Counted from the first letter of the stretch, positions 11,596 through 22,609 are shown. The stretch is 64,000 nt of DNA from a candidate division FCPU426 bacterium (GCA_963796105.1 CAWCKJ010000006.1:1-64000); one strand, 5' to 3'. Numbers and translations are program-made. Notes: generated from the letters alone by a model not told the origin.

Positions 11596-11608
11596 AAATA
11601 ATATCAAG

Positions 11609-12229
11609 GTGGATTTCCAATCGATCCGGACCATCGAACACGCCTGTGCCGGTTGTTCGGTTGTTAAGGCCTGTTGCTGCTCAAAATATGAGATTCTCGT
11701 CGATCGGTTGGAACTTAAAAGGATCCTCCAGGCCTTGCCGGAAGCCGCCAAACTTTGCCAGAACCTTAAAACCGGCGGGAAATATGAAAATGTATTTGAA
11801 GAGGCAGAAAACGGATTCTTCTCCATCGATACTTTGGACAACGGTCTCTGCGTCTTCGCCTATAGAAAAGATCGTATGATCCGATGTTCCTTGCATTCAA
11901 CCGAAATCAGCCTCGGCTTGCCCTTGGGGGCATTAAAACCAAAGGTGTGCATTCTTTGGCCCCTGACTTTCAACCAGAAGGGCAATGCTTTAACGGTTCA
12001 CCATGACGCGCTTTCCTTCGCTTGCAACCAACCTAGGCAACAATCTTCTCGCCATGTTTCTTCTGAATTACTTCAAACCATCGGGTATTTTCGCACTGGG
12101 GGTTTCGGCTCGAAATCGGTTGAAATGAAAAAAAGAAAAAAGATAAAGATTAAATCCATGCCGGATAGAAACTTTTTAAAAACCGGGATAAAAGACAATA
12201 AAAGGGGAAATTCGCGAAGAATTCGCTAA
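11609..12229 (+). CDS. Cys-cluster protein (DUF3109/YkgJ-like); 5' end probably separated by the IS pair
   Basis: The Cys pattern is CAGC...CCC...GLCVF...CSLH...KPKVCILWPL. With both IS removed, the frame stays open upstream to ~9517. Confidence 0.65.
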   Translation: MDFQSIRTIEHACAGCSVVKACCCSKYEILVDRLELKRILQALPEAAKLCQNLKTGGKYENVFEEAENGFFSIDTLDNGLCVFAYRKDRMIRCSLHSTEISLGLPLGALKPKVCILWPLTFNQKGNALTVHHDALSFACNQPRQQSSRHVSSELLQTIGYFRTGGFGSKSVEMKKRKKIKIKSMPDRNFLKTGIKDNKRGNSRRIR

Positions 12230-12280
12230 GAACCCAAAGGGCATCTTCTCCGGGGCTTAAAACCGCTGCCTCAGCCTTTT

Positions 12281-12289
12281 TGGTATAAT
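12281..12289 (+). promoter_or_regulatory. Extended -10 promoter candidate for the HNH-like gene
   Basis: TGGTATAAT (TGnTATAAT) ends 22 bp upstream of ATG 12312. Confidence 0.5.
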
Positions 12290-12311
12290 GGCTCCATTCT
12301 TTCGAGGCCTT

Positions 12312-13262
12312 ATGAAATATTACGTCGGCGTTACGGATGACGAGTGGTTCCATTTTCTGGCTTCGAAGAAGCCTGATGAAGTTAACTTCTGCCTGCCAAA
12401 GGCTAAAACCGCATTCATCCCCCTTCCTCCCGGCGCGCCATTCCTTTTCAAACTACCAAAGCCTAACAATTTCATCGTCGGAGGGGGTTATTTCGTCAAA
12501 TTCAGCGTATTGGCTTTATCCACGGCTTGGATGGCATTCGGAAATAATAACGGCTCAACCACCATGGAAGAGTGCCGGTTAAAAATCCTAAAGAACCGAA
12601 AAACGCAAAGCGAGGATGATCAGGACCCTAAAATCGGATGCGTTATTTTGACGGAACCCTTCTTTTTCGAACGCACTCAATGGATTACTGCCCCAGCCTT
12701 TTGGGAGCAGACCCTCATTTCGGGAAAAACTTACGATACAGGCAACAGCATGGAAGCATTCAGGCTTTGGGAAGATGTGAAGATCCGGCTGGCTGTTAAA
12801 GACGACAAAACATTAACAGCCGGGGAGAATGCCGGCCCCGAATTAACCCAACCGGCTGAAATTTACAAGGATTTCTCTCAGCCTCGAGATCAATTAGGGC
12901 CAGGAGCTTTCTGGATAGTGGTTATGGATGCTTATCAAAGACAATGCGCCATCAGCGGGGAGAAAACCGGGCCGGTTTTGGAGGCTTCTTATATCAAACC
13001 TTTTTCCGAAGGGGGAATCAACCATGCGAGAAATGGGATTTTATTGAGAGCTGACCTGCGAATCCTTTTTGAAAAAGGTTATTTGACGGTGGATCCGGAA
13101 TTAAAAGTTCTCGTAAGCCCGAGAATCAAAAGAGAGTTTGAAAATGGGAAGGATTATTACGCTTATCATGGAAAAGAATTAAGGTTCTTGCCTGAAAAAC
13201 CCGAGGAAAAACCATCGTCTGAATTTTTAAAATGGCATAACGAGAACCGATTTCTGTCTTGA
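12312..13262 (+). CDS. HNH_2-type putative restriction endonuclease homolog with substituted catalytic residues
   Basis: N-terminal YVGVTDDEWF...DEVNF...FLFKL...IVGGG domain. C-terminal AYQRQCAISG...LEASYIKP...NGILLRADLRILFEKG...FLKWHN. Confidence 0.8.
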   Translation: MKYYVGVTDDEWFHFLASKKPDEVNFCLPKAKTAFIPLPPGAPFLFKLPKPNNFIVGGGYFVKFSVLALSTAWMAFGNNNGSTTMEECRLKILKNRKTQSEDDQDPKIGCVILTEPFFFERTQWITAPAFWEQTLISGKTYDTGNSMEAFRLWEDVKIRLAVKDDKTLTAGENAGPELTQPAEIYKDFSQPRDQLGPGAFWIVVMDAYQRQCAISGEKTGPVLEASYIKPFSEGGINHARNGILLRADLRILFEKGYLTVDPELKVLVSPRIKREFENGKDYYAYHGKELRFLPEKPEEKPSSEFLKWHNENRFLS

Positions 13263-13556
13263 AGTAATGGACTGATTTGGACGAATAATAAGGGGGATAA
13301 AGTGCCTGGCCATGAAAGAGATTGATTATGAAATCCTTTAAGAATTACCTCGAAGGGGTTTATTTCGGCGGATAATTGCATAAAAACACAGGGCCCGAAA
13401 GGCCAAAAGGCATTTTAAACACTTAATCGGAATATCACCGTTCCTTCAGCAAAGCGCTAATAGGCCAACACTCCCTATGATCTAAAACGTCTAAACATTC
13501 ATGCTTAGAGCATTGAAAGCCGGACTAAAACAAAGGAACGGGGTTAAATATTTCTT

Positions 13557-13781
13557 ATGAAAAAAAACGATCATCGAAACATCCTTAAATTCGGGGAGAA
13601 TGTCCGAAAGATTCGAAAAAGTCTTGGCTGGTCCCAACAAAAATTAGCCGGTAAGTCGGGTTTGGCCAGCAACTTCGTGGGTTTCGTGGAGCGCGGGGAG
13701 AGAAGCATAACGATAAAAAATGTCGTTAAAATCCGCAGAGCCTTGGGCTGTCCCATCAACAAGCTCTTCGCCGGGCTTTAA
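13557..13781 (+). CDS. XRE-family HTH regulator (C-protein-like)
   Basis: FGENVRKIRKSLGWSQQKLA...FVERGERSIT...ALGC. Confidence 0.88.
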   Translation: MKKNDHRNILKFGENVRKIRKSLGWSQQKLAGKSGLASNFVGFVERGERSITIKNVVKIRRALGCPINKLFAGL

Positions 13782-13871
13782 TTATAAATCGTTCGCGGTT
13801 AACAATGGCTGTATTTCGGCATCATCCGCGATTGGTTTTTCGGTTTTTAGGGCCATCCCATTGCAAACATA

Positions 13872-14870
13872 TCAGTTCGCGAGGAACCGGTCGATTTGAT
13901 CCACTTCATTTGGAGAAAGGCGAAAATCCCCGGCCGCGATAATATCCTGCGCTTGTTCCGGATTCCTCAAGCCTACGATGGCTCCCGTCACTTCTGGTTT
14001 TCGAAGCACCCACGCCAGAGCGGCCACTCCCGAGCTGTACCCATGTCGGCCCGCGATCTCGCCCAAAAGATCTTGCAGTGCGAGACTCCGCGTGAGAAGC
14101 GGTTCCTTGAAATGATCGCTTAGCTTGCGCCAGTCGCCCGGCGGGAGGTTTTGCACACGATTCCGGGTCATACGGCCGCTTAATATTCCTGATTGCATTG
14201 GAGAATACACCATGACTCCGATATTATTCGCGCCGCAAAAAGGGAGGATTTCTCTCTCAATGTCCGTGCGCAATGCGGAATAAGGCGGTTGGAGGGAAGT
14301 GACCGGGGAAATGGCCTGGCAGCGCCGCATTTGGGATGGAGAAAAATTTGAAACGCCGATCCAACGAATTTTCCCTTCTTTTTTCAATTTAGCAAGCTCT
14401 GTCCACGCTTCCTCTATATCCGGGTCTGGATTTGGCCAATGTATTTGCATGAGATCCAGCGCTTCCAAACTCAAACGGCTCAAGCTTTCCTCGCATTCCT
14501 GTCTGACAGACCAGGCTTTAAGACAATTTCTTCCCGTATGTTTCTCCCCCCAAACTAGGGAACACTTTGAAAAAACATAAGGTTTATAATTCAAGCCTTT
14601 GATAGCTTTTCCGATAACCTCTTCGGAATGTCCATTGCCGTAAGCCGGAGCCGTATCGATCCAGTTCATCCCTAAGTCCAGGGCCCGCTGGATGGCGGTA
14701 ATGGAATCCTTGTCATCTTGGGGGCCCCAGTTCCAATCGCCTTGCGGGCCGCCCATGGCCCAGGCTCCCACGCCAATGGGGGTGATATACATATCCGAAT
14801 CCCCTAATCTTTTTGTCCGCAAAGATTTGCTCCTGAAAGAATTTCTAAGTCTCAAAGTGATAGCTACCAT
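13872..14870 (-). CDS. Aldo/keto reductase (true start may be TTG at 14822)
   Basis: IDTAPAYG, DLMQIHWP, GKIRWIGVSNF, LQPPYS and YSPMQSG motifs. Confidence 0.93.
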   Translation of the reverse strand: MVAITLRLRNSFRSKSLRTKRLGDSDMYITPIGVGAWAMGGPQGDWNWGPQDDKDSITAIQRALDLGMNWIDTAPAYGNGHSEEVIGKAIKGLNYKPYVFSKCSLVWGEKHTGRNCLKAWSVRQECEESLSRLSLEALDLMQIHWPNPDPDIEEAWTELAKLKKEGKIRWIGVSNFSPSQMRRCQAISPVTSLQPPYSALRTDIEREILPFCGANNIGVMVYSPMQSGILSGRMTRNRVQNLPPGDWRKLSDHFKEPLLTRSLALQDLLGEIAGRHGYSSGVAALAWVLRKPEVTGAIVGLRNPEQAQDIIAAGDFRLSPNEVDQIDRFLAN

Positions 14871-14963
14871 AAAATATTGGCATCTGACTTTAATGGAAAC
14901 TTGCAGAAATGATATTAAATTTGATGTGTTTTTAAAGGGTGTTGTTTATGCAATAATCCATCC

Positions 14964-15239
14964 ATGAATAACCTCGAATCGGCAATCCATTGGCGCCAAT
15001 GGTCGGTGGCCATCATCCTAGCGCTTCTGATCGCTTTGTTTTCACTCAACCAATTCAACCTCTTAAGATTAACCGGGGTCATTTTGTCAGGAAGCGTTGT
15101 TTTGTTACTGTCCCTGGGTTGGAATATTCATGCCATGAGGCTGGCCCATTCCCAATCGAACATGGGTTGGAACAGTGAAATTGCCGATGGATTGTTAATT
15201 ACAGGGATGATCCTTGTGTTTTTCGGTGCGTTTTTTTGA
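14964..15239 (+). CDS. Small hypothetical membrane protein (3 hydrophobic segments)
   Basis: 91 aa ORF with three hydrophobic stretches, filling the gap between neighbouring genes. Confidence 0.6.
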   Translation: MNNLESAIHWRQWSVAIILALLIALFSLNQFNLLRLTGVILSGSVVLLLSLGWNIHAMRLAHSQSNMGWNSEIADGLLITGMILVFFGAFF

Positions 15240-15442
15240 GCCGCTGTCCTCCATTGATGGGCAGAACCTAGTGGCCTAAAGCGGTTTAATCAGAATTGAT
15301 CCCATTTCAGCAATTTGAAGCTCCGATTTATTCCTTTCTCCGCTCATTTAAGCATATAGTTGGGGCTGACCTATTCGACACGAGCCCGCCGATGTCCCGG
15401 AGGTTCTCGCCCACCGGTTTAGTCCTGAAAGGAAGTCCCATA

Positions 15443-15799
15443 ATGAAGATCGATAAAGAAGAGTTGGTCATCAACATGACGAAACCCCATGTGGTCGTTC
15501 TTAACGTCCTGTCCAAAGGCGAATTCAAGAAACTTCATATCAAAGGTTCGGAAAGTCATCCGTTGACCGAGGATCTAGAGGAGTTTTCCAAGGATGTAGA
15601 AAGTAAATATGGAAAAAAGAAATCCTTTATTCTTTATGGCGACCATTTTGGGCTTTTAGACAGTTTCTTCGCATCCAAAGCTCTTGAGGACCGCGGGCTT
15701 CAATCGATGAATTATCCGGGGGGAATGCGGGAATGGCACCGGGCTGGCTTGCCGGTAGAGGGAACCGAGGCAGTCGTAGAAACCACGGCGAATTCTTGA
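15443..15799 (+). CDS. Rhodanese-like domain protein lacking the active-site Cys
   Basis: IDKEEL...VLNVLS...FKKLHIKGS...YPGGMREWHRAGLPVEG. ATG 15443 follows AAAGGAAG. Confidence 0.8.
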   Translation: MKIDKEELVINMTKPHVVVLNVLSKGEFKKLHIKGSESHPLTEDLEEFSKDVESKYGKKKSFILYGDHFGLLDSFFASKALEDRGLQSMNYPGGMREWHRAGLPVEGTEAVVETTANS

Positions 15800-16065
15800 A
15801 ATTCATCAAAACAGTTTGCCAAAGTTGTGCCGCTCCCATTCAAAACGCTTATGAAAGAGGAACGGAAAGGAATGGCGGTTATACCACTGTCTATTGCCAC
15901 CGCTGTTTCCAATCGGGAACCTTTACCGATCCTAGGATGACCGTGGAGAAAATGTACGAGAACGTACGGTTAAGAATGATCAAAATGAAATTTCCCCGTT
16001 TTCTTGCCAAGCTAATGGCGAACAAGGTTTACACCCTTGAACGTTGGGAAGTTGCGAAGTTCTGA
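15796..16065 (+). CDS. Putative zinc-ribbon protein (Zn_ribbon_2-like)
   Basis: CQSCAAP...GTERNG...YCHRCFQSGTFT...LERW. The TTG start overlaps the upstream stop codon. Confidence 0.8.
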   Translation: MKFIKTVCQSCAAPIQNAYERGTERNGGYTTVYCHRCFQSGTFTDPRMTVEKMYENVRLRMIKMKFPRFLAKLMANKVYTLERWEVAKF

Positions 16066-16487
16066 ATTTTATTTTCCGGTAAAATTAGGTTATAAAAACT
16101 TATTATAAAAACCTCGATATTGAAACTCCTCGTGAAGAATCCGAAAAATTAACACTTCAAAACAGCCCTGCCCTAGTATTGGCGGGTTTCGTTCAAGGAA
16201 GAATCACTCCGTTGATTTCTGAAGTTATCGATTCCTTGGGAGTAAGTGCTTGTTGGAAGGGCTTTTTCTCTTTTTTTAGGGGTAGAAACCGTTGCGATTA
16301 TCAATTCAATACATGTGCCTAAAGAAATAGTGAAGAGACATGAAAATTCCAGGCGAAAGAGAGATACAATTCTTTATAAACTAAATGGCAATGAAAATTG
16401 TTTCAAATAGTTTCATGAGAAAACGATCTTTGGGAGAACCCGAAGGGGAAAAGAAAACAACTCAGCAAAATTTCGAGAACTGGGTTC

Positions 16488-19400
16488 ATGAGAATAATGG
16501 CTGATAAAAAACATAAACTTATTATTGCTGTTATCGCCATTGCCGTTAGTAGCATTGGAATCTTCATCCCCTATCGGGGTTATGCCCAATGTACTCCTTC
16601 CTCCGCGAGAATCTGTGTGGCTAGTGATGACTGGTCCCAGGTCTATGTTGGTGGTGTTTATTTGGGTCAAATCAATTATTGCAACTGGGACGGCACAGGA
16701 TCATGTCCCCCGGGTTGCATTACTGTTCCCACTTCTCTTTTAACCGGAAGTCAAGTTTATGTCAGCATGTACACCCAAAATACCGCTTGCAATAATGTTT
16801 ACGCATCCTGGGACCTGGACATCACTTGTTCCAACGGGCAGCATTCCGAAATCACCAGTTCCGGCGGTGGAGTTAAGCTGGACTATATTAGTTCTGGGAA
16901 TCCGACCACTCCCCCCGCCACCAACTGGTATGCGACCAATTACAGCACAAGCGGCTGGGCTAATCCGGCGCAGGTCAGCACCACTTCGGGTTATTGCTGT
17001 TGGGGCCAAAACATATATAACCCCATAACGGGCCAGACAATACCATTCATGTCGTCAGACAGCACGGGAGCCTATAGCACCAGCAATTGCAACGGCGCTC
17101 TTTTCTTCTCCCAGGCCACCACTATCCCGCCTCCCTCCCCGACCATGGGACCCGCGACCATAACAGTCACGAAATCCCTTGTGGCGGGACAGCCAGTCAC
17201 TAATACCGGCAATGACATGTTCGTGACATTCCAGGTAGTTGTTTGCGACACTGGGGGGCCTGTGACAAGCGGAGGGGTGACTCTCACGGACACACAAGCC
17301 GGAGGTACTGCTTTCGCTTTTATCGGCTGGCTTGTCGACGGCTCCGTATCCATCGATTACCAGCCCCAAGCCAGCTGGCCGATTCCCGCGGCCAATGGCG
17401 GAAGTCCGGCGACTTGGGGAAATTTTCCTGGTAATTCCTGTGTGACTCTTCTTGCTAGTATGGAAGATTATTACTGGGAGGGGAACGCCTGCCAAACAAT
17501 TACCAATACCGCCAGCGTGGCCTATTCAGGAGGGACTAAAAATTCCGGCATAGTGACAGTGGGCCGTCCTTGCACACAATCCACCCCTACATTCACTAAT
17601 ACTTATACCAACACATTTACTTATACATACACTTTCACTCCCACCCGAACCCCCACAAATACCCCCACTCGAACCCCGACCCCAACTCCCACCAATACTC
17701 CCACAAACACGCTTACCCCTACTCATACTCCTACCCCAACGAATACTCCTACTCCTACACCGACTCCATCACCCACACCTACCCCCACAAGAACTCCGAC
17801 ACCCACCCCGACGATCACGCCAACCCCAACCCCGACGCCCACGCCTTCCCCGACTCCTACCCGGACCCCAACCCCCACTCCCACCATCACCCCGACGCCC
17901 ACTCCGACCAATACCCCTACCCCCACCCCGACCCGAACTCCCACGCCCACCCCGACTTTGACCCCAACTCCTACACCTTCTCCCACGCCCACAAGGACCC
18001 CGACGAACACGCTCACTCCGACACCAACAACATCGCCCACTCCCACGCCCACAAGGACTCCGACGCCTACCCCTACTAACACACCCACCCCGACACCAAC
18101 GACGTCGCCTACCCCTACACCTACCAGGACCCCGACGCCAACTCCTACGAACACGCCCACTCCGACCCCGACTCTTACTCCCACTCCTACACCAACCCAC
18201 ACTCCTACACCTACTCCGACCAATACTCCAACGCCAACTCCGACAAGAACCCCCACACCCACTCCGACAAACACACCAACCATTACTCCCACTCCGACGA
18301 ATACCCCTACAGGGACCACGTCACCCACGAACACGCCGACCGTTACTCCTACCCGGACTCCGACTCCCACGCCCACGAATACACCCACCGTGACACCCAC
18401 TCCGACCCCAACCAACACTCCAACTAGGACACCTACCCCGACTCCGACCCCGACGCCAACTACCACTCCTACACCGACCCCCACGAATACACCGACACAA
18501 ACTCCTACCCACACTCCAAGCCCAACCGGGACCACATCTTTCACCAATACACCCACGAACACGCCCACCAAGACTCCGACTCCCACGCCCACGAATACAC
18601 CCACCGTGACACCCACTCCGACCCCAACCAACACTCCAACGCATACGCCAACACCCACTCCAAGTCCGACCGGGACCACCTCACCCACTAATACACCCAC
18701 GAACACGCCTACGCGCACGCCCACGCCAACATCAACCCCTACTCCAACCGTAACTACAACCCCTACTCCGACGAACACCCCGACATTGACCCCCACACCA
18801 ACTCCCAGTCCGACTGGGACCACGTCGGCTACTAATACACCCACGAACACCCCTACGCGCACGCCCACGCCAACATCAACTCCTACCCCAACCGTGACAA
18901 CAACCTCCACCCCGACTAACACCCCAACACTGACCCCCACGTTGACGCCGACGACAACCCCGACCACAACGACAACCGCGACCCTGAGCAATACGCCAAC
19001 GCGTACCCCCACTTCCACGTTTACATCCACACCCACCGTAACAGTTACTTCTACACCGACAAATTCCCCAACCCTGACGCCCACGTTGACGCCGCCGACA
19101 ACTCCGACCACCACCGTCACGGCCACACCAACGAATACCAACACGCTCACGCCGACCTTAACCCCGACTCCGACCCCAACCATTACCGTCACGGCTACAC
19201 CCACGAATACGACTACGCTGACGCCGACCTTGACGCCGACGACAACCCCGACCACTACCGTCACGGCCACACCAACGAATACCAACACGCTCACGCCGAC
19301 CTTAACCCCGACGCCTACACCGACGATTACAGTTACGGCCACGCCTACGAATTCCGCCACGCTAACACCGACTTTGACCTCGACGCCTACCCCAACAATC

Positions 19401-21650
19401 ACAGTTACTGCTACGCCCACGAATACGGCCACACTAACCCTGACTTTGACATCCACCCCGACTCCGACCATTACCGTTACATCCACACCAACGAATACGG
19501 TGACGCTGACGCCAACCTTGACTATGACACTTACCCCGACCATAACCGTCACAGCCACTCCGACAAATACCGCTACGCTAACCCCGACCGTGACCGCGAC
19601 AATGACTCCGACCATAGCCGTCACAGCCACTCCGACAAATACCGCTACGCTAACCCCGACCGTGACCGCGACAATGACTCCGACCATTACCGTTACAGCT
19701 ACACCGACAAATACGGTGACGCTGACGCCAACCTTGACTACGACACTAACCCCGACCATAACCGTCACGGCCACGCCGACAAATACAGCCACGCTGACGA
19801 CCACCGTGACTCCGACGCCCACGTCCACGATCACGGTTGCAATGACATCGACAAATACTATTACTTTGACGCCGACTTTAACTAACACACACACGGTGAC
19901 AAACTCACCCACCCAGACCTACACGCCAACTATGACCAACACTCCGACGAACACTCCGACGGTGACGAATACCTACACTCTTACAAATACACGCACAGTA
20001 ACCAACACGCCCACCCAGACCAACACCCCGACTGTAACAAGTACACTCACGAATACTTCGACTGTAACGAATACCCACACGCCGACCAATACACCTACTG
20101 TGACTAATACGCCCACAGTGACCAACACCCCGACCCAGACCTTCACTCCGACCGTGACGAATACACCCACGAATACTCCAACCGTGACGAACAGCTTTAC
20201 ACCAACGAACTCTTTCACGGTAACCAATACCCCGACATTGACATTTACCCCAACAGTGACTAATACGCCCACGAATACTTCGACTGTAACGAATACCTAC
20301 ACTCCGACCAATACACCTACTGTGACTAATACGCCCACAGTGACCAACACCCCGACCCAGACCTTCACTCCGACCGTAACGAATACACCCACGAATACTC
20401 CAACTGTGACGAACAGCTTTACACCGACCAACAGCTTTACAGTGACCAATACACCGACTGTCACGAACACCCCGACATTGACCTTTACTCCAACAGTGAC
20501 TAATACGCCGACGAATACTTCGACTGTAACGAATACCTACACGCCGACCAATACACCTACTGTGACTAATACGCCCACAGTGACCAACACCCCGACCCAG
20601 ACCTATACTCCAACTGTGACCAACACGCCGACGAATACCCCAACCGTGACGAACAGCTTTACACCGACCAACAGCTTCACGACGACCAATACACCCACAG
20701 TCACGAACACCCTGACGTTGACCTATACCCTGACTTTGACCCTTACGTTCACCAATACACCGACCGTGACGAACACTTTCACACCCACAAATACGCCAAC
20801 TCTTACTAATACCCCCACCCAAACATTCACCCCCACATCCACAAACACTCCCACCAGTACTCCGACGGTAACCAATAGCCAAACACCGACCAACAGCTTC
20901 ACAGTGACCAACACTCCGACCCAGACCTATACCCTGACGTCCACGAACACGCCCACCAATACCTTGACAGTGACAAACACTTACACACCTACGAACACAT
21001 TTACGGCCACTAACACTAAGACCCAAACCTACACGTCGACATATACCAAGACAGCAACCACGACTTACTCACCCACGAACACCTCGACCGCGACCCTGAC
21101 CTATACGGTCACTAGGACTCCCACCAGCACCTTTACCCGTACGAACACGGGCACTCCAACCCTCACACATACCCCAACCAAGACTGGAACACCCACCAGG
21201 ACTCCGACACCCACATACACTCGCACATCGACCCCCACCCGCACATCCACGTGGACATCGACCCCCACCAAGACGCCAACGCGCACGATAACGCCCATTT
21301 ACAGCGCGACCTATACGCCAACCCCGACCATTACCAACACGCCGGGGGCTACCTGGACCCCGTCAACGGACATATTTACGGTGACGAAGAACGTGATCCA
21401 GGGAGGGGAGCCGGTATCCATCACGATCGGGACGAGCCAATACCCTGGGAACCTGGAATTGAGCGTTTACAACTCGGCGGGGGAACACATCAAGACGTTG
21501 GTGAACCAATATTTATCAGCGCCATACCAAGGAACGGTTTACTGGGACGGGACCAATAAATACAACGATAAGTGCGCCAGCGGGGTGTATATTTTCTATC
21601 TTTCCGAGCCATTTGATAGGAAAGTCAAGAAAATCATATTCATCAGGTAA
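16488..21650 (+). CDS. Giant Thr-X-stalk secreted protein 3 (1720 aa): Cys-rich head type B, Cys neck, ~1250 aa stalk, single FlgD-Ig-like tail
   Basis: Signal peptide ends ...GYA/QC. The head starts [14 protein letters not shown]. The stalk spans ~17580-21360. The tail is [12 protein letters not shown]...[20 protein letters not shown]. Confidence 0.9.
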   Translation: MRIMADKKHKLIIAVIAIAVSSIGIFIPYRGYAQCTPSSARICVASDDWSQVYVGGVYLGQINYCNWDGTGSCPPGCITVPTSLLTGSQVYVSMYTQNTACNNVYASWDLDITCSNGQHSEITSSGGGVKLDYISSGNPTTPPATNWYATNYSTSGWANPAQVSTTSGYCCWGQNIYNPITGQTIPFMSSDSTGAYSTSNCNGALFFSQATTIPPPSPTMGPATITVTKSLVAGQPVTNTGNDMFVTFQVVVCDTGGPVTSGGVTLTDTQAGGTAFAFIGWLVDGSVSIDYQPQASWPIPAANGGSPATWGNFPGNSCVTLLASMEDYYWEGNACQTITNTASVAYSGGTKNSGIVTVGRPCTQSTPTFTNTYTNTFTYTYTFTPTRTPTNTPTRTPTPTPTNTPTNTLTPTHTPTPTNTPTPTPTPSPTPTPTRTPTPTPTITPTPTPTPTPSPTPTRTPTPTPTITPTPTPTNTPTPTPTRTPTPTPTLTPTPTPSPTPTRTPTNTLTPTPTTSPTPTPTRTPTPTPTNTPTPTPTTSPTPTPTRTPTPTPTNTPTPTPTLTPTPTPTHTPTPTPTNTPTPTPTRTPTPTPTNTPTITPTPTNTPTGTTSPTNTPTVTPTRTPTPTPTNTPTVTPTPTPTNTPTRTPTPTPTPTPTTTPTPTPTNTPTQTPTHTPSPTGTTSFTNTPTNTPTKTPTPTPTNTPTVTPTPTPTNTPTHTPTPTPSPTGTTSPTNTPTNTPTRTPTPTSTPTPTVTTTPTPTNTPTLTPTPTPSPTGTTSATNTPTNTPTRTPTPTSTPTPTVTTTSTPTNTPTLTPTLTPTTTPTTTTTATLSNTPTRTPTSTFTSTPTVTVTSTPTNSPTLTPTLTPPTTPTTTVTATPTNTNTLTPTLTPTPTPTITVTATPTNTTTLTPTLTPTTTPTTTVTATPTNTNTLTPTLTPTPTPTITVTATPTNSATLTPTLTSTPTPTITVTATPTNTATLTLTLTSTPTPTITVTSTPTNTVTLTPTLTMTLTPTITVTATPTNTATLTPTVTATMTPTIAVTATPTNTATLTPTVTATMTPTITVTATPTNTVTLTPTLTTTLTPTITVTATPTNTATLTTTVTPTPTSTITVAMTSTNTITLTPTLTNTHTVTNSPTQTYTPTMTNTPTNTPTVTNTYTLTNTRTVTNTPTQTNTPTVTSTLTNTSTVTNTHTPTNTPTVTNTPTVTNTPTQTFTPTVTNTPTNTPTVTNSFTPTNSFTVTNTPTLTFTPTVTNTPTNTSTVTNTYTPTNTPTVTNTPTVTNTPTQTFTPTVTNTPTNTPTVTNSFTPTNSFTVTNTPTVTNTPTLTFTPTVTNTPTNTSTVTNTYTPTNTPTVTNTPTVTNTPTQTYTPTVTNTPTNTPTVTNSFTPTNSFTTTNTPTVTNTLTLTYTLTLTLTFTNTPTVTNTFTPTNTPTLTNTPTQTFTPTSTNTPTSTPTVTNSQTPTNSFTVTNTPTQTYTLTSTNTPTNTLTVTNTYTPTNTFTATNTKTQTYTSTYTKTATTTYSPTNTSTATLTYTVTRTPTSTFTRTNTGTPTLTHTPTKTGTPTRTPTPTYTRTSTPTRTSTWTSTPTKTPTRTITPIYSATYTPTPTITNTPGATWTPSTDIFTVTKNVIQGGEPVSITIGTSQYPGNLELSVYNSAGEHIKTLVNQYLSAPYQGTVYWDGTNKYNDKCASGVYIFYLSEPFDRKVKKIIFIR
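20048..20720 (+). repeat. Three tandem ~222-240 bp units within the gene 3 stalk
   Basis: ACGAATACTTCGACTGTAACGAATACC...GTGACCAACACCCCGACCCAGACC recurs at ~20049, ~20271 and ~20511. Confidence 0.8.
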
Positions 21651-21738
21651 TACTAGCCTTAAAAGTTTGACAGTTATAAATAATCAAATCCCGTTTGAAA
21701 ATTATAAGTTTGAAAGAAGTTTTGTTTTTTTATGATAA

Positions 21739-22038
21739 ATGTATGATGTCCCCATTATGGATCCCACAAAAGGCATGCTCGCCCAGCTTGAAAAGCTCAT
21801 TAGAAAAAATGTCATCATGCATTTCGCCTCGAAGCCAAAAGAGGAAAAAACGCTAGAAAAGGTCGAAACTTTCGCCAACAAGCAGTTGGACTTTTTTCTT
21901 GACGGTATGATGAAGCAATCACCCGATCTCACCCGGGCCTGGAAAAAGGGCCATCCCTTCACGGCCAAAGCGGCCATCAACCGTGAAACACTGGATTTTG
22001 AGATCCAAATCGTCGAGAGGGAACCGGGAAAGTTTTGA
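21739..22038 (+). CDS. Hypothetical protein
   Basis: 99 aa ORF with normal protein composition, co-oriented with its neighbours. No family recognised. Confidence 0.6.
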   Translation: MYDVPIMDPTKGMLAQLEKLIRKNVIMHFASKPKEEKTLEKVETFANKQLDFFLDGMMKQSPDLTRAWKKGHPFTAKAAINRETLDFEIQIVEREPGKF

Positions 22039-22053
22039 AAAGGCGCCTCTGTT

Positions 22054-22609
22054 TTGAGAAAATTTCTTCCGATTGAAACGCCCCGATTAATTCTTCGCGA
22101 CTTTAAGAAAGGGGATTGGAGGGAATCAAATCAATACGCTTCCGACCTGGTTGTGGTCAGATATATGCCCTGGGTTCCCAACACTCCCGCCCAGACTCGC
22201 GCTTTTCATCGACAGGTTTTTCTCAAGACCCTTAAAAGACCCAGGCTAGAATACGAGGTGGCTGTGATTTTAAAAAATCGAAAATCGCCTCATCGGCGAA
22301 TGCGGAAACCGAATTAAAAACGCCGAACTCGGGGAAGCGGACTTGGGTTATTGCTTCAACCGCCATTACTGGAACAAGGGCTACGCTACGGAAGCCGCAA
22401 GGGCCCTGGTTCGTTTCGGCTTTTCCAAATTGAAACTTCACCGTATTTGGGTCACCTATTATCCCGGCAATTAGGCCTCTGCGCGAGTCCTGAAAAAAGC
22501 AGGCATGCGGTACGAAGGGCGTATGCTGGAGAACCTCCGACAGAAAGGCCGCTGGAGAGATTCCCTCCTGTTCGCGATTTTAGAGAAGGACCGGCGGCTT
22601 TCCCCTTGA
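22054..22609 (+). pseudogene. RimJ/RimL-type GNAT acetyltransferase pseudogene
   Basis: The N-terminus reads IETPRLILRDF. After a frameshift near 22270-22290 the other frame reads LIGECG...LGYCFNRHYWNKGYATEAA...N*ASARVLKKAGMRYEG, with an in-frame TAG at 22472-22474. Confidence 0.85.

Noticed and set aside
16381..16405. Sigma54 box upstream of gene 3 (TGGCAATGAAAATTGT)
   Set aside because: The spacing is one base too long and the -12 GC is missing.
17580..21360. CRISPR-like array in the repetitive DNA
   Set aside because: The repeats are in-frame coding degeneracy with no constant repeat plus unique spacer pattern, and no cas genes are present.
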